Positions 1 through 10,245 of a DNA stretch of 64,000 nt are shown piece by piece. Position 1 is the stretch's first letter; each line of letters begins with the position of its first letter. Source of the DNA: Candidatus Marinamargulisbacteria bacterium (GTDB lineage: Bacteria > Margulisbacteria > Marinamargulisbacteria > UBA817); assembly GCA_023262965.1 (NCBI GenBank), contig JALQXX010000004.1:2897-66896 (forward strand), in the 5' to 3' direction. The notes beneath the pieces were generated by a model. It was not told the DNA's origin, did no database searches, and saw nothing but the letters and a program-made list of their open reading frames with translations. A program made the translations under genes and the position numbers.

Positions 1-1444
1 TGGCGCTATTCGCTATATCAACCCCCTCAATAGTACCATTCAAAATAGTTGTGGTGGTGACACTCTCCGCCCCAAGATCATCACTGGTAATGGTCCCATT
101 ATATATATCCTCACTCAAAATGGATTCATTTTTAATATCGGTACTGGTTACCAATTTACCTAAAATATTATCCCAGGTTAATTCATTTTTCAAAACCACC
201 GAATCGGTGTTGGCGAGATCGTTAAAATCACCGGAAAATGCTACCGGCGCCAAGTCACTTGCACGCACATAATTACTCAAATCCAATACATCATTTCCCA
301 CGATTAACGATCCCGATACCCGAAGCCCGCCTTCAACGTTTAATTGAATCCCAGGCTCATTCGTCAAACCACTTATTCCCAACTGGTTTGACGATGCATT
401 CCAAAAAACCGTGTCAATATACCCCAACTCACTGGGGGTTTCAAACAACGCAATTCGCTGTGCTTTACCCGTACCTGTTATAAGATCACCCTCACGATCC
501 GCGATTCGAATGGGTTTATCCACAATCAAAACATCATTGACTTCCTGTAATGTCACAGACCCCACCGACACCGTTTTGGCCCGTATCGATGGTACCGGTA
601 CATTGATATTTCCGATAGACCCCCCAACCTGTAGGCCCTTTGTAATAACCACATCATCCACAATACTAACTATAGGATCCACCATAATTTTACCCCCAAT
701 ACCCTTTATATTGGAATACAACCCCTCTTCTAAATGGCTCATATTAACGGATTTTAAATACCCATTATCGCCCACAATTCGATCGATCTCCGCATCGCTT
801 AACCGCTGATCATCGACATTCACCCACTTTTGGCCGTTATAGCCCAACACCTGACCGGATTCAATCCCTGAAATAGCCACATCATTCAATAACGTCAATG
901 ACGTGGGGCTATTGGTAGTAGTACCCCCAACTGGTACCTGACCCGTATACCCATCACCAGGAGACGTTGGCACCCATTCCCCATTCTTTACAACCAGTAT
1001 ATCCCCTTCACTAACCTGATCAACATCCCGTATCGGAATGCCACGCAATCCCCGTGTACTATGACTGTCATCACTAATACGCGATTTAATCGAATACGGC
1101 TGGCTAACCAGTGCTAAGTTTACCGAATTTCCACCAATGATAACGCCCAATTCCACACCATTTTCATCAAACATATCCACATTTAAATGACGTTGTTGAT
1201 CATCTACACCTTCTAAATTGATATTTAATACCCCATTGTCTATAAGCACCGCATCTGTTTTGGACCAAACCGGATTGACTTGATTGGGATGATTGATTGT
1301 AATAACAATCGAATAGTAGCCATTTAACAACGTGCCATAATCATCGCTTAGTACCAACTGAACATTTAATGCCACGTCATTAATGCCAAACACCGCCATT
1401 GAAAAGCTTGTTATTAATCCAATTACCCAATATCTAAATTTCAT
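1..1444 (-). CDS. Secreted fibre-like repeat protein, N-terminal 481 codons only (C-terminus lies beyond the window edge); paralog of the 58898..63781 fibre
   Basis: Absent from the supplied track because it has no stop in the window. Hand translation of the minus strand from ATG 1444..1442 stays open to base 1. It reads MKFRYWVIGLITSFSMAVFG (signal-like), then ...VAFSGDFNDLANT..., then DIKNESILSE/DIYNGTITSD/DLGAESVTTT (10-residue period). The N-terminal layout and decapeptide match the 1627-aa ORF. Confidence 0.7.
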   Translation of the reverse strand, partial: MKFRYWVIGLITSFSMAVFGINDVALNVQLVLSDDYGTLLNGYYSIVITINHPNQVNPVWSKTDAVLIDNGVLNINLEGVDDQQRHLNVDMFDENGVELGVIIGGNSVNLALVSQPYSIKSRISDDSHSTRGLRGIPIRDVDQVSEGDILVVKNGEWVPTSPGDGYTGQVPVGGTTTNSPTSLTLLNDVAISGIESGQVLGYNGQKWVNVDDQRLSDAEIDRIVGDNGYLKSVNMSHLEEGLYSNIKGIGGKIMVDPIVSIVDDVVITKGLQVGGSIGNINVPVPSIRAKTVSVGSVTLQEVNDVLIVDKPIRIADREGDLITGTGKAQRIALFETPSELGYIDTVFWNASSNQLGISGLTNEPGIQLNVEGGLRVSGSLIVGNDVLDLSNYVRASDLAPVAFSGDFNDLANTDSVVLKNELTWDNILGKLVTSTDIKNESILSEDIYNGTITSDDLGAESVTTTTILNGTIEGVDIANSA

Positions 1445-1537
1445 ATATAGCTCGCTACTACAGTACCAATAGGGTTGTTCCCGTTGTTGGTTAAAAATAA
1501 ACATGTGACCGGACCAATTTTGTGGTATAGTCTTGCT

Positions 1538-2401
1538 ATGAGCTCTTTTCAACATATTGTTGAGCAACTCCATGCGTTTTGGCAGAATCAGGGATGCCTC
1601 ATTTTATTTCCTTACGATACAGAAAAAGGCGCTGGCACCATGAGTCCACACACCACATTACGTTGTTTGGGCCCTGATCCATGGCATGTGGCCTATGTTG
1701 AGCCCTCGCGTCGACCGACCGATGGACGTTATGGTGAAAATCCCAATCGATTGCAGCACTATTTTCAATATCAGGTTATTATGAAGCCCGCGCCGGATAC
1801 CATTCAAGATATGTACTTAAACAGCTTAATGGCTATTGGCATCAACCCAGCTAATCATGATATTCGGTTTATTGAAGATAATTGGGAATCCCCTACATTG
1901 GGTGCCTGGGGTGTCGGATGGGAAGTATGGTTGGATGGAATGGAAATCACCCAATTTACCTACTTTCAGCAATGTGGCGGATTGGACTGTCGACCGGTTC
2001 CTGTTGAAATCACCTACGGTCTTGAACGGTTAGCCATGTTTATCCAGCAAGTTGATCATGTAATGGATATTGTATGGCAAAACGATGGTCCCACCTATTA
2101 CAAGGATATTTACAAAGCCAGTGAAGTGGATTATTCCCATTACAATTTTAATCATGCAACCGTAGAACGTCTTAGCGCTCTTTTTGATATATATGAAGCG
2201 GAATCCCGTCATTGTATTACCACCGGTGGGGTATACCCCGCTTATGATTACTGTTTAAAATGCTCCCATACATTCAATATATTGGATGCCCGTGGGGCTA
2301 TTTCTGTAACCGAACGCACCCGTTACATTTTACGCATTCGTGATCTGGCATTTCAGTGCGCCAATTTATACGTAGAAAAAAGGACGGCATCCAATGGCTA
2401 A
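1538..2401 (+). CDS. glyQ: Glycine--tRNA ligase alpha subunit
   Basis: ORF 1475..2401. The conserved GlyQ sequence begins at internal Met 1538 ([59 protein letters not shown]). It overlaps glyS by 8 nt. Confidence 0.95.
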   Translation: MSSFQHIVEQLHAFWQNQGCLILFPYDTEKGAGTMSPHTTLRCLGPDPWHVAYVEPSRRPTDGRYGENPNRLQHYFQYQVIMKPAPDTIQDMYLNSLMAIGINPANHDIRFIEDNWESPTLGAWGVGWEVWLDGMEITQFTYFQQCGGLDCRPVPVEITYGLERLAMFIQQVDHVMDIVWQNDGPTYYKDIYKASEVDYSHYNFNHATVERLSALFDIYEAESRHCITTGGVYPAYDYCLKCSHTFNILDARGAISVTERTRYILRIRDLAFQCANLYVEKRTASNG

Positions 2402-4466
2402 CGCTCTATTTGAATTGGGATTGGAAGATATCCCGGCCCGATTCATTTCAAACTGCATCACCGATTTAAAAACACGTATCGAAAAAAAATGCCGTACAGC
2501 CCGTATTTCAACGTCCGACACGACGATTAAAACCTATGCCACCCACCGTCGGCTGGCCATTATTTTAACCGATCTACTCCCCCAGCAACCCGAATTACAT
2601 CAGCAAATTGACGGGCCTGGCCTGGTCATTAGTCGTGATGACGCCGGTCAATGGCTTCCCCCCGCCATTGGTTTTGCCAAAAAATATGGCGTATCGCCAG
2701 ACGATCTGGGATCACGGGTGAACGACAAAGGGCAACCCATTGTAACCCTAGAGATCCTACAGCCCGGCCAACCCACGAACGCCGTTCTTTCCACGATATT
2801 TTGTGAAGCTGTTCACGAAATGCCCCTTCCCATTGCCATGGTGTGGGGCAACGGCGTTGGCCCTTTTATTCGTCCCATCAAATGGATTTGTGCTTTATTT
2901 GACAATCACGGCATTTCAGGCACCTTGTTTAATGTGAATTTTGGAACAACAACCTATGGGCACCGCTTTTTAACACAGGGCGATACACCCGCATTAGGGG
3001 CATCCATTCCCCTATCTTCCCCCACCGATTATGTAGATGCATTGGCGGCCCATCATGTATGTGTGTGTGCTGCAACGCGTCGAGAACGCATTGGCGACCA
3101 ACTTCGCCTGCATACGGATGTACACGACAATGCCTTACTCGACGAGGTCGTGTATTTAGCAGAATCCCCTGTTGTGTTGCCCATTTCATTTGATCCAACA
3201 TTTTTGGAATTACCCCATGATGTGCTAACAGCTTGTTTAAAAAAACATCAAAAAGCATTTCTGGTCCACCAAAAAAACACCCTCGAACCCAGCTGTCTTA
3301 TTATTGCGGATTCCATAACGGACACCAACCGTGAATCGGTCATTGCGGGCAATAAACGGGTCATGCAAGCCCGATTAACCGATGCGCAGTTTTTTTGGAC
3401 CATGGATATCCAAAAAAATGGGTTCTCCACATGGAATAACCATCTTAAAAACCGGGTGTTTCAGGATGGCATGGGATCCGTATTTGATAAAGTAGAACGA
3501 ACGTGTTATTTATGCAATACCATCATTGATCAAATTCAAGAATCCAAATCGTTTCGTGATATTGTGGCGCGAGCGGCACATCGATGCAAAGCGGATTTAG
3601 CATCGGAAATGGTAATGGAGTTTCCCGAACTGCAAGGGACTATGGGGGCCTACTATGCCATTGTTTTTCGTGAGCTACCCTCGGTAGCCTTGGCAATTCG
3701 GGATCACTATAAGCCGCGCTATGATGGGGATACCATGCCCGAAACGCTGGCTGGAGCGGTTTTATCCATTGCCGATCGTATCGATACCATTATCACCTGT
3801 TTTGAAAACAACGCCATTCCCACCGGATCACGGGACCCCTGGGGTATTCGACGCGCTATGATTGCTATTGCGCGTATTATTATCCACTTTAATATGCCGC
3901 TCAACATTATGCAGTGCTTGGAAGATGCGACACTTGTTATTAATCGCCCGCTATCGGATCGCACCCAAGAATGTGCAATCTTTTTTAAACAACGCCTTAA
4001 AACCGTATGGGCCGATTACGGCATTTCAAGTGATATGTTTGATTGGGTATCCGATTATCTATTATCCAATACCCTACTTGCCTACACCAACAGTTGCCAG
4101 TTGGCCACCATTCAAACCGAAAGCCCGGACGATTACGCATTATTGGTTGAAACGGCCCATCGCGTTGCACGCATCGTCCCCAGCGATTGGCAAAAAGCCC
4201 CGATTTTAACCCAAATGTTTTGTCTCCCCATTGAAACCGAGGCTTATACCGCATTTGCCAATATTCCTCCCAGTAATGGGGCATTTAACGAAACCCTGTA
4301 TCCTCACCTAATAGTATTTTGTCGCATATTGGCGAACTACTTTGATACCGTGTTGATTCACAGCGATAATCCCGATGAATCCGCTAATCGACGCCAATTT
4401 ATGGCCGTGATTAATGATTACTTCAACAGCTTTGGCAATTGGTCTTGTTTAAAAAAACACACGTAA
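2394..4466 (+). CDS. glyS: Glycine--tRNA ligase beta subunit
   Basis: 690-aa ORF directly coupled to glyQ, with a typical GlyS N-terminus ([14 protein letters not shown]) and motifs such as [13 protein letters not shown] and RDPWGIRRA. Confidence 0.93.
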   Translation: MANALFELGLEDIPARFISNCITDLKTRIEKKCRTARISTSDTTIKTYATHRRLAIILTDLLPQQPELHQQIDGPGLVISRDDAGQWLPPAIGFAKKYGVSPDDLGSRVNDKGQPIVTLEILQPGQPTNAVLSTIFCEAVHEMPLPIAMVWGNGVGPFIRPIKWICALFDNHGISGTLFNVNFGTTTYGHRFLTQGDTPALGASIPLSSPTDYVDALAAHHVCVCAATRRERIGDQLRLHTDVHDNALLDEVVYLAESPVVLPISFDPTFLELPHDVLTACLKKHQKAFLVHQKNTLEPSCLIIADSITDTNRESVIAGNKRVMQARLTDAQFFWTMDIQKNGFSTWNNHLKNRVFQDGMGSVFDKVERTCYLCNTIIDQIQESKSFRDIVARAAHRCKADLASEMVMEFPELQGTMGAYYAIVFRELPSVALAIRDHYKPRYDGDTMPETLAGAVLSIADRIDTIITCFENNAIPTGSRDPWGIRRAMIAIARIIIHFNMPLNIMQCLEDATLVINRPLSDRTQECAIFFKQRLKTVWADYGISSDMFDWVSDYLLSNTLLAYTNSCQLATIQTESPDDYALLVETAHRVARIVPSDWQKAPILTQMFCLPIETEAYTAFANIPPSNGAFNETLYPHLIVFCRILANYFDTVLIHSDNPDESANRRQFMAVINDYFNSFGNWSCLKKHT

Positions 4467-4536
4467 TAATTTGCTACATAGCATCACTACAAACAATGGT
4501 TGGAACCTTACTCAAAATTTGGTAGACTGATAGCGT

Positions 4537-5571
4537 ATGTCAACTTTAGAGAATATTCATATTGCGTCTATTGACCCCATTCCTTCACCGCATGATTTAA
4601 AGTCTGCGCACCCCTTATCCATCACTCTCTCCAATCGTGTGATTGAAACACGTCAACACATTCGAAATATTATTACAAAAAAAGACCCCCGGTTTTTGGT
4701 TGTTATTGGCCCCTGCTCTATTCATGATGTGAATGCCGCCTTGGCCTATGCGGAACGACTGGCCCCTTTTGTTAAAAAATATCAAAAAAAGTGCATCATC
4801 GTCATGCGTGTGTACTTTGAAAAACCCCGTACCACTATTGGTTGGAAAGGATTAATCAATGACCCCGATTTGGATGGATCCAATCGCATTGAAAAAGGAT
4901 TAAAAACAGCGCGCGAATTGCTCATTTCTGTTTTAGAAATGGGTATTCCAACAGGGACTGAACTGTTGGACCCTATTTTACCCCAATATTATGCGGACAC
5001 CATCTGTTGGGCCTCCATTGGGGCACGTACCAGTGAATCCCAAACCCATCGTGAAATGGCCAGTGGGTTATCAATGCCCATTGGGTTTAAAAACGCGACA
5101 GACGGCAATATTGACATTGCGCTACAAGCCATTGAATCGGCTCGCCATTCCCATACCTTTATTGGCGTCACCCAAGATGGATCGATTGCGAAGGTATCCT
5201 CTAAAGGTAATTTGGATTCCCATTTAATTATCCGTGGGGGTAACAACGGTCCCAACTACTCCTCGGTTCAAATGGCCGAGCACAGTGATCGCATCCGTGA
5301 ATTGGGCATCCGAGCACCCATATTGGTGGATTGCTCTCATGGCAATTCCCGAAAAAAAGCCGCCAATCAATCAAAGGTATTAAACAGTATCCTCAATCAA
5401 CGGGTTGCCGGCAATAACGCCATCATAGGGGCGATGATTGAAAGCTTTTTAGTGCATGGCAATCAACCCATTTCCCCCGCATTAGTGTATGGCCAGTCCA
5501 TTACCGATGAGTGTATTGATTGGGAAGAAACCAACGCTTTATTGGCACATATTTATGATCGTTTACCATGA
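4537..5571 (+). CDS. 3-deoxy-7-phosphoheptulonate (DAHP) synthase, class I
   Basis: 344 aa with KDPRFLVVIGPCSIHD, IVMRVYFEKPRTTIGWKGLINDP and VDCSHGNS, typical of AroF/G/H-type enzymes. The isozyme cannot be assigned. Confidence 0.92.
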   Translation: MSTLENIHIASIDPIPSPHDLKSAHPLSITLSNRVIETRQHIRNIITKKDPRFLVVIGPCSIHDVNAALAYAERLAPFVKKYQKKCIIVMRVYFEKPRTTIGWKGLINDPDLDGSNRIEKGLKTARELLISVLEMGIPTGTELLDPILPQYYADTICWASIGARTSESQTHREMASGLSMPIGFKNATDGNIDIALQAIESARHSHTFIGVTQDGSIAKVSSKGNLDSHLIIRGGNNGPNYSSVQMAEHSDRIRELGIRAPILVDCSHGNSRKKAANQSKVLNSILNQRVAGNNAIIGAMIESFLVHGNQPISPALVYGQSITDECIDWEETNALLAHIYDRLP

Positions 5572-6692
5572 CTAGACGTGTTTTTATTGCCGCAACACGC
5601 CAAAATGATGGTAAGACCACGGTATCGTTGGGTCTTTTTAAAGCATTGCGTCAACGCGATGCCTCCCTGCAATACATGAAGCCGGTTGGTCAGCAGTATA
5701 AAATTATACACGGCAAAAAAATCGATAAAGATGCGGTGTTATTTCAGAATGCGTTTCATTTAAATGCCGATCATTTGTCGTCGATGAGCCCTGTTGCCTC
5801 GCCCAGTGGATTTACACAATCGTATATTGAATCCCCAAACCCCGATAGCTTACATGCCAAAATAATCGACGCAGATACACACTTAACCCGTGATGCAACG
5901 GCCATTTTATATGAAGGTACCGGTCACGCAGGTGTTGGATCCGTATTTGATTTATCCAATGCACGTGTTGCTCAATTACTCAAAAGCCCTGTTATTATTG
6001 TATCCATCGGTGGCATTGGCAAAGCGATTGATGAAATCATGCTAAATGCCAGTGTATTCAATCAAATAGGGGTGCCGATTATGGGTGTTATTATCAATAA
6101 AGTACGCCCAGAAAAATACGACAAAATCAATCATTTTGTTCGGCAAGGATTATCCCGATTGGGGCTACCCGTTTTGGGCGTTATTCCATTAAATGATCAA
6201 CTGACATTCCCCACAATCAACGCCATTATTGATGAACTAACGCCCACGGTCATCTCACTGAATAATTCTAGCCAGAATAATTCCATCGAAAATTTCTTAA
6301 TTGGGGATATGATGCCCCATAATGTGTTGGGACACATTCGTAAAAATACCGTTATGATTATTCCAGGGAACCGTGAAGGTCTGGTGTTAACGGCCGTTTG
6401 TGAGCATTTACTCAATACCGAACCCACTATGGTATCGGGAATTATCTTTACCAATGGTATACGTCCGCATCAAAAAATTCTGGATTTGTTGTATAAATCC
6501 CACATCCCCCTACTGATGCTTGATGAAGATGCGTTTTCAATTGCCACAAAAATCAACAATATGATTGTTAAAATTCGATTAGAAGATCAGCATAAAATTA
6601 CTATTGCGGGGCAAATGATCGAAGAATATGTGGACATTGACACTATATATACCAAAATGGCCGATACATCTTGGGCATCACCCCCTCTATGA
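5568..6692 (+). CDS. BioD/CobQ-like P-loop plus DRTGG-like domain protein (resembles the N-terminal half of long phosphotransacetylases)
   Basis: 374 aa. The N-terminus IAATRQNDGKTTVSLGL is a dethiobiotin-synthase-like P-loop. The C-terminal part has a DRTGG-like stretch (IIPGNREGLVLTAV). An ATGA overlap joins it to the DAHP synthase stop. Confidence 0.5.
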   Translation: MTRRVFIAATRQNDGKTTVSLGLFKALRQRDASLQYMKPVGQQYKIIHGKKIDKDAVLFQNAFHLNADHLSSMSPVASPSGFTQSYIESPNPDSLHAKIIDADTHLTRDATAILYEGTGHAGVGSVFDLSNARVAQLLKSPVIIVSIGGIGKAIDEIMLNASVFNQIGVPIMGVIINKVRPEKYDKINHFVRQGLSRLGLPVLGVIPLNDQLTFPTINAIIDELTPTVISLNNSSQNNSIENFLIGDMMPHNVLGHIRKNTVMIIPGNREGLVLTAVCEHLLNTEPTMVSGIIFTNGIRPHQKILDLLYKSHIPLLMLDEDAFSIATKINNMIVKIRLEDQHKITIAGQMIEEYVDIDTIYTKMADTSWASPPL

Positions 6693-7615
6693 TTTTTAAT
6701 TTTTCAACACGGCATATCAAAAAACATCTATCTCAGGTAAATCGCATTATTGATGAGGCCGTTTCAGGCGTTGATCCATCCATAAAACCACTATATGACT
6801 ACATTATGCAAGCCCGGGGCAAGCAAATTCGATCGGTTATTATGATCCTTATTGGCGAAACGATTGCGGACAAATCCAAATTATACACAACCTGTGCTGG
6901 GATTGAGCTTATTCATTTAGCATCCCTGATTCACGATGACATTGTGGATAATGCGACACGCCGTCGGGAACTCGATACGATTCACCAGCGGTTTGGTAAA
7001 ACCAATGCCTTACTCATGGGGGTTCACTGCTATTCATTGGCTTTACGCTTATTTTCGCGGGTTGATAACTACACCATAGCGCGTGTATCCGAAGCGGTGA
7101 CACATCTATGTGAAGGAGAATTCATACAAGTCAATCATCGATCCAATCACGCATTGAGTGAGGCGGATTACTGGACCATTGTGCAAAAAAAAACCACCCC
7201 TCTATTTGCTGTTTCATGTGAATTGGCCACCTATTTTTGTGGACTCCCCCCTGAAAGCCATCAAAAAATGTACCGTATTGGCACATTAATTGGCGATCTT
7301 TTTCAATTAATCGATGATATTTTAGATTTTTATGGAAAAGACTCCTCTAAAAATACATACCAAGACATTGCAATGGGCGACATGTCTCTCCCTATGATTT
7401 GGGGGTTAGACTTAAATCCCCATTTAGAAGAAATGCATTATACGCTACAAACAAATAAACACATCATTCAACATAAAACACGTGGTATCACCAAACAAAA
7501 AGTTACGTCTATTTTGGATTTACTAAACGACATAAACCTTCCCACGGCCCACTACATTCACGATGTTGTTCGGTCTATTTTGTCACAAGCACCGGAATTT
7601 ACAACGTATCAATAA
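6689..7615 (+). CDS. Polyprenyl diphosphate synthase (trans-isoprenyl diphosphate synthase family)
   Basis: Two aspartate-rich motifs are present: LIHDDIVDNATRRR and FQLIDDILDF. The start is taken at ATG 6689, which forms an ATGA overlap with the upstream stop; the track ORF begins at 6671. Confidence 0.88.
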   Translation: MIFNFSTRHIKKHLSQVNRIIDEAVSGVDPSIKPLYDYIMQARGKQIRSVIMILIGETIADKSKLYTTCAGIELIHLASLIHDDIVDNATRRRELDTIHQRFGKTNALLMGVHCYSLALRLFSRVDNYTIARVSEAVTHLCEGEFIQVNHRSNHALSEADYWTIVQKKTTPLFAVSCELATYFCGLPPESHQKMYRIGTLIGDLFQLIDDILDFYGKDSSKNTYQDIAMGDMSLPMIWGLDLNPHLEEMHYTLQTNKHIIQHKTRGITKQKVTSILDLLNDINLPTAHYIHDVVRSILSQAPEFTTYQ

Positions 7616-7982
7616 ACCGTTTATAATCGTCATACGACATCAGTGACTGCATATCGTCAGCCACTGTATGTGGGTCGGGCGACACCTTAATTAACCAGCC
7701 ATCTTCATAAGGGGACTGATTAATCTGCTCAGGGGCATTGATTAAATCGGCATTAACCGAAACAACCGTTCCACTAATCGGTGAGTAGATGCCTGACACC
7801 GTTTTTACCGATTCAACCGAACCAAATTCATCCCCTTTTGTCACCAAGGACCCAATTTCTGGCAACTCAACATAAACAATTTCCCCTAATTCATCGACGG
7901 CATATTTTGAAATGCCAATAACAAAACAATCGCCGTCAGCACAAACCCATTCATGATCTTCTGTAAATTGCTGATTTTCCAT
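7599..7982 (-). CDS. gcvH: Glycine cleavage system H protein (lipoyl carrier)
   Basis: 127 aa with the lipoyl-lysine context GSVESVKTVSGIYSPISG and the typical ending YEDGWLIKV. No gcvT or gcvP is in the window. Confidence 0.9.
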   Translation of the reverse strand: MENQQFTEDHEWVCADGDCFVIGISKYAVDELGEIVYVELPEIGSLVTKGDEFGSVESVKTVSGIYSPISGTVVSVNADLINAPEQINQSPYEDGWLIKVSPDPHTVADDMQSLMSYDDYKRFIDTL

Positions 7983-8093
7983 ATATCAAACCTCCAAATA
8001 ATATATCTATTTCTTGTAGAGTATCACTCAACAAAAGCATTCATCAAGATTATCTCCTCAAAATTTTCAGGAAGGCCGCTAATCAATGGCAAA

Positions 8094-8651
8094 ATGGACC
8101 CACCCCCCATTCATTTTAATCGAGTCGTTTACAAATGCGATGTCATTCCGTACCCTATATGTATGAGCAACGAGCCATTCGACCCTGATTCACCATGGCA
8201 TCATTTATTCAAGACCAACGATTATGCCGGTATTATTGAACATGCATCTACAAAAGACTGTAATGATGATACTGAATCCCTGTATTTGGGCATTGCCTAC
8301 TATAAAACATCGCAATGGCACCTGGCCAACACCATTTTTGATGACCTATATGCCCGAAACCCCCATCCTGAAATTGCCGTATATCGGATTATTAGCCGCA
8401 TAAAATACGGGGATATCGACGAAGCGATGCAGGCATATCAGCTATTGTGCGACCAGCAAAATCCCATCATTCACAATTACCTCATCAATCAGAATACCCA
8501 AGCTGCCCTTGAACATATTCTATTGTTAGCGGCAATTCCCTTGAACCTATCGCCCCCCCATACCCAACCAACCGGTTTACTCGATATGCTTCATACATAC
8601 CAATATAACAAATTGGCTCAAAAACTCCTAGCAACACAACCCCATCAATGA
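8094..8651 (+). CDS. Hypothetical protein with TPR-like helical repeats
   Basis: ORF 7953..8651. The 5' part overlaps gcvH, so an internal Met is likelier (8094 or 8163). A TPR-like segment reads LYLGIAYYKTSQWHLANTIFDDLYARNP. Confidence 0.4.
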   Translation: MDPPPIHFNRVVYKCDVIPYPICMSNEPFDPDSPWHHLFKTNDYAGIIEHASTKDCNDDTESLYLGIAYYKTSQWHLANTIFDDLYARNPHPEIAVYRIISRIKYGDIDEAMQAYQLLCDQQNPIIHNYLINQNTQAALEHILLLAAIPLNLSPPHTQPTGLLDMLHTYQYNKLAQKLLATQPHQ

Positions 8652-8655
8652 TATA

Positions 8656-9063
8656 GTGGCAATTATGTCTACTTTAGGATCTTTTTTTATATCTCTTGTT
8701 ATTTTTTTAGGCATTGACCTCCTATGGTTGGGTGTTATTGCCCGTCCCGTTTATCATCATTATATGAAGCATTTACTACGCGATTCCCCCAACTGGCCCG
8801 TTGCATTTCTGTTTTATGCCATATTCGTGTTGGGATTATTCATTATCGCCATTTATCCGGCTCTCGCCAAAAAAGACTTGAATCATGCATTAAAAATGGG
8901 TATTTTTTACGGATTCTTTACTTATATGACCTACGACTTAACGAATTGGGCCGTTTTAAAGGAATGGCCTTGGCAAATTGTTGTTGTTGATATTGCATGG
9001 GGAACAATCCTTGCAATGACTGTTGCCGGACTCAGCACCTTTATTTTATTAAAAATAGGATAA
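8656..9063 (+). CDS. Small integral membrane protein (DUF2177-like)
   Basis: 135 aa with 4 hydrophobic segments. The N-terminal pattern FLGIDLLWLGVIARPVY is recalled from DUF2177-type proteins. Confidence 0.5.
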   Translation: MAIMSTLGSFFISLVIFLGIDLLWLGVIARPVYHHYMKHLLRDSPNWPVAFLFYAIFVLGLFIIAIYPALAKKDLNHALKMGIFYGFFTYMTYDLTNWAVLKEWPWQIVVVDIAWGTILAMTVAGLSTFILLKIG

Positions 9064-9068
9064 CCTGT

Positions 9069-9689
9069 TTATCCCGGTTTATTGCTGCGACGCTGTCGTA
9101 ACGGAATCGCTATCACAATACCCGAAACAATGAGAACGAACCAAACCAGACCGCTGACAAACCACACCCATCGAAAAGACTTCCCATTGGCCCACCCCAC
9201 ATGCCATTCATATACCCGCTGTGCAAACGATATCGGCTGCTGTTTCTGAATAACCCAAGCCTCTTGGTTATCACGGACCCATATAGCCGCATTTGTGGCA
9301 ACCAACAATCGATTGTCATGCCGATATAGATGTGTAATAGGACCGTTTGTAGCCGGTGATTCCTGAAACACCCATCGTATGGGATTTCGCAGTGTCGATA
9401 CAATACCGCCATACCCCAACGCCACATCAATGTGATTGTCGGTGCAGGATACGGCCGTTACCATTCCCAATGGAAACGGTATTTGATCAACAGCTATGGA
9501 TACGCCATACCACGATGTGTTGGTAACCCCTATCCATTCCCCCGTATCACACAAAGCGGTTGCCCGAAATCCATAACGGGCATCGCTACGATACAGAAGG
9601 TACATACCCGTAAGAATGAGTACCACCGTAGGCCCCACCAATATCAGTCCCATATATGTATGCCATTGTCGAATGATCCGTTGCATCAT
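9069..9689 (-). CDS. PepSY-associated TM-helix family membrane protein
   Basis: 206 aa. The N-terminal signature is IRQWHTYMGLILVGPTVVLILTG and the C-terminal signature is VYEWHVGW...FRWVWFVSGLVWFVLIVSG. A loop of about 130 aa separates them. Confidence 0.6.
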   Translation of the reverse strand: MMQRIIRQWHTYMGLILVGPTVVLILTGMYLLYRSDARYGFRATALCDTGEWIGVTNTSWYGVSIAVDQIPFPLGMVTAVSCTDNHIDVALGYGGIVSTLRNPIRWVFQESPATNGPITHLYRHDNRLLVATNAAIWVRDNQEAWVIQKQQPISFAQRVYEWHVGWANGKSFRWVWFVSGLVWFVLIVSGIVIAIPLRQRRSNKPG

Positions 9690-9718
9690 CTGTTATGATA
9701 CGGTATACACGCTCATTT

Positions 9719-10240
9719 TCACAGTAATGTGTGAAGCGTTACCAGCAACCGTCGAACGCCATTGGCTATCGCAATGGCGGATACCGTTGCTCCCGAAACC
9801 GGGGTAATATCCTGATATACCCGAATCGGATCGGTAACCCGTCGCTGTCTAAATTGCTTTAAAAAACGTTTTTTACGAACCTCATCCCCATAGGGCTCAC
9901 GGTACGTCATTACCACAATCCCCTTAACAAATAAATCCGATGTGAATGCAACAAAAAATGTAATCGGCTCGTGTTTTCCAAGTTCATTTGTAACAACCCC
10001 ATATCCCTGAAGGGTATCTTCCTTGTGAAAGGTATAGACGGTAATCTCATCATTCGGAATGGCCATATGCAACGTCGATTCCATGGCCTCCCTTTGCTCC
10101 GCTGAAATGGGTATGCGTCGAGAATCCACCTGATGCAATGGAAACACCTGCTGAAAGGCCTCGTCTTGAGTTGAATACACGGTCTCCATATAGCCGTATA
10201 CAATGCTCTTGACTAAAAGCACAATCAGCAAAACACGCAT
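9719..10240 (-). CDS. Exported FMN-binding domain protein with an ApbE-type flavinylation motif
   Basis: 173 aa with the N-terminal signal MRVLLIVLLVKSIVYG. The C-terminal DITPVSGATVSA carries the S-G-A-T flavinylation-site pattern of FMN_bind domains (NqrC/RnfG-like). Confidence 0.6.
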   Translation of the reverse strand: MRVLLIVLLVKSIVYGYMETVYSTQDEAFQQVFPLHQVDSRRIPISAEQREAMESTLHMAIPNDEITVYTFHKEDTLQGYGVVTNELGKHEPITFFVAFTSDLFVKGIVVMTYREPYGDEVRKKRFLKQFRQRRVTDPIRVYQDITPVSGATVSAIAIANGVRRLLVTLHTLL

Positions 10241-10245
10241 ATAGT

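Noticed and set aside
51-809. Plus-strand ORFs from the track (51..272, 238..483, 411..809)
   Set aside because: They are antisense to the long open minus-strand fibre ORF (1..1444). Their translations are low-complexity and lack any motif, so they are most likely artefacts of the repeat-rich opposite strand.
7185-7193. A9 homopolymer inside the polyprenyl synthase CDS, and a long T run (about 11 nt) at about 18299-18309 upstream of mlaE, as phase-variation switches
   Set aside because: The genes are essential housekeeping genes. The tracts encode Lys-Lys or sit in an AT-rich promoter region, and similar runs are common in this AT-rich genome. Nothing indicates contingency behaviour.
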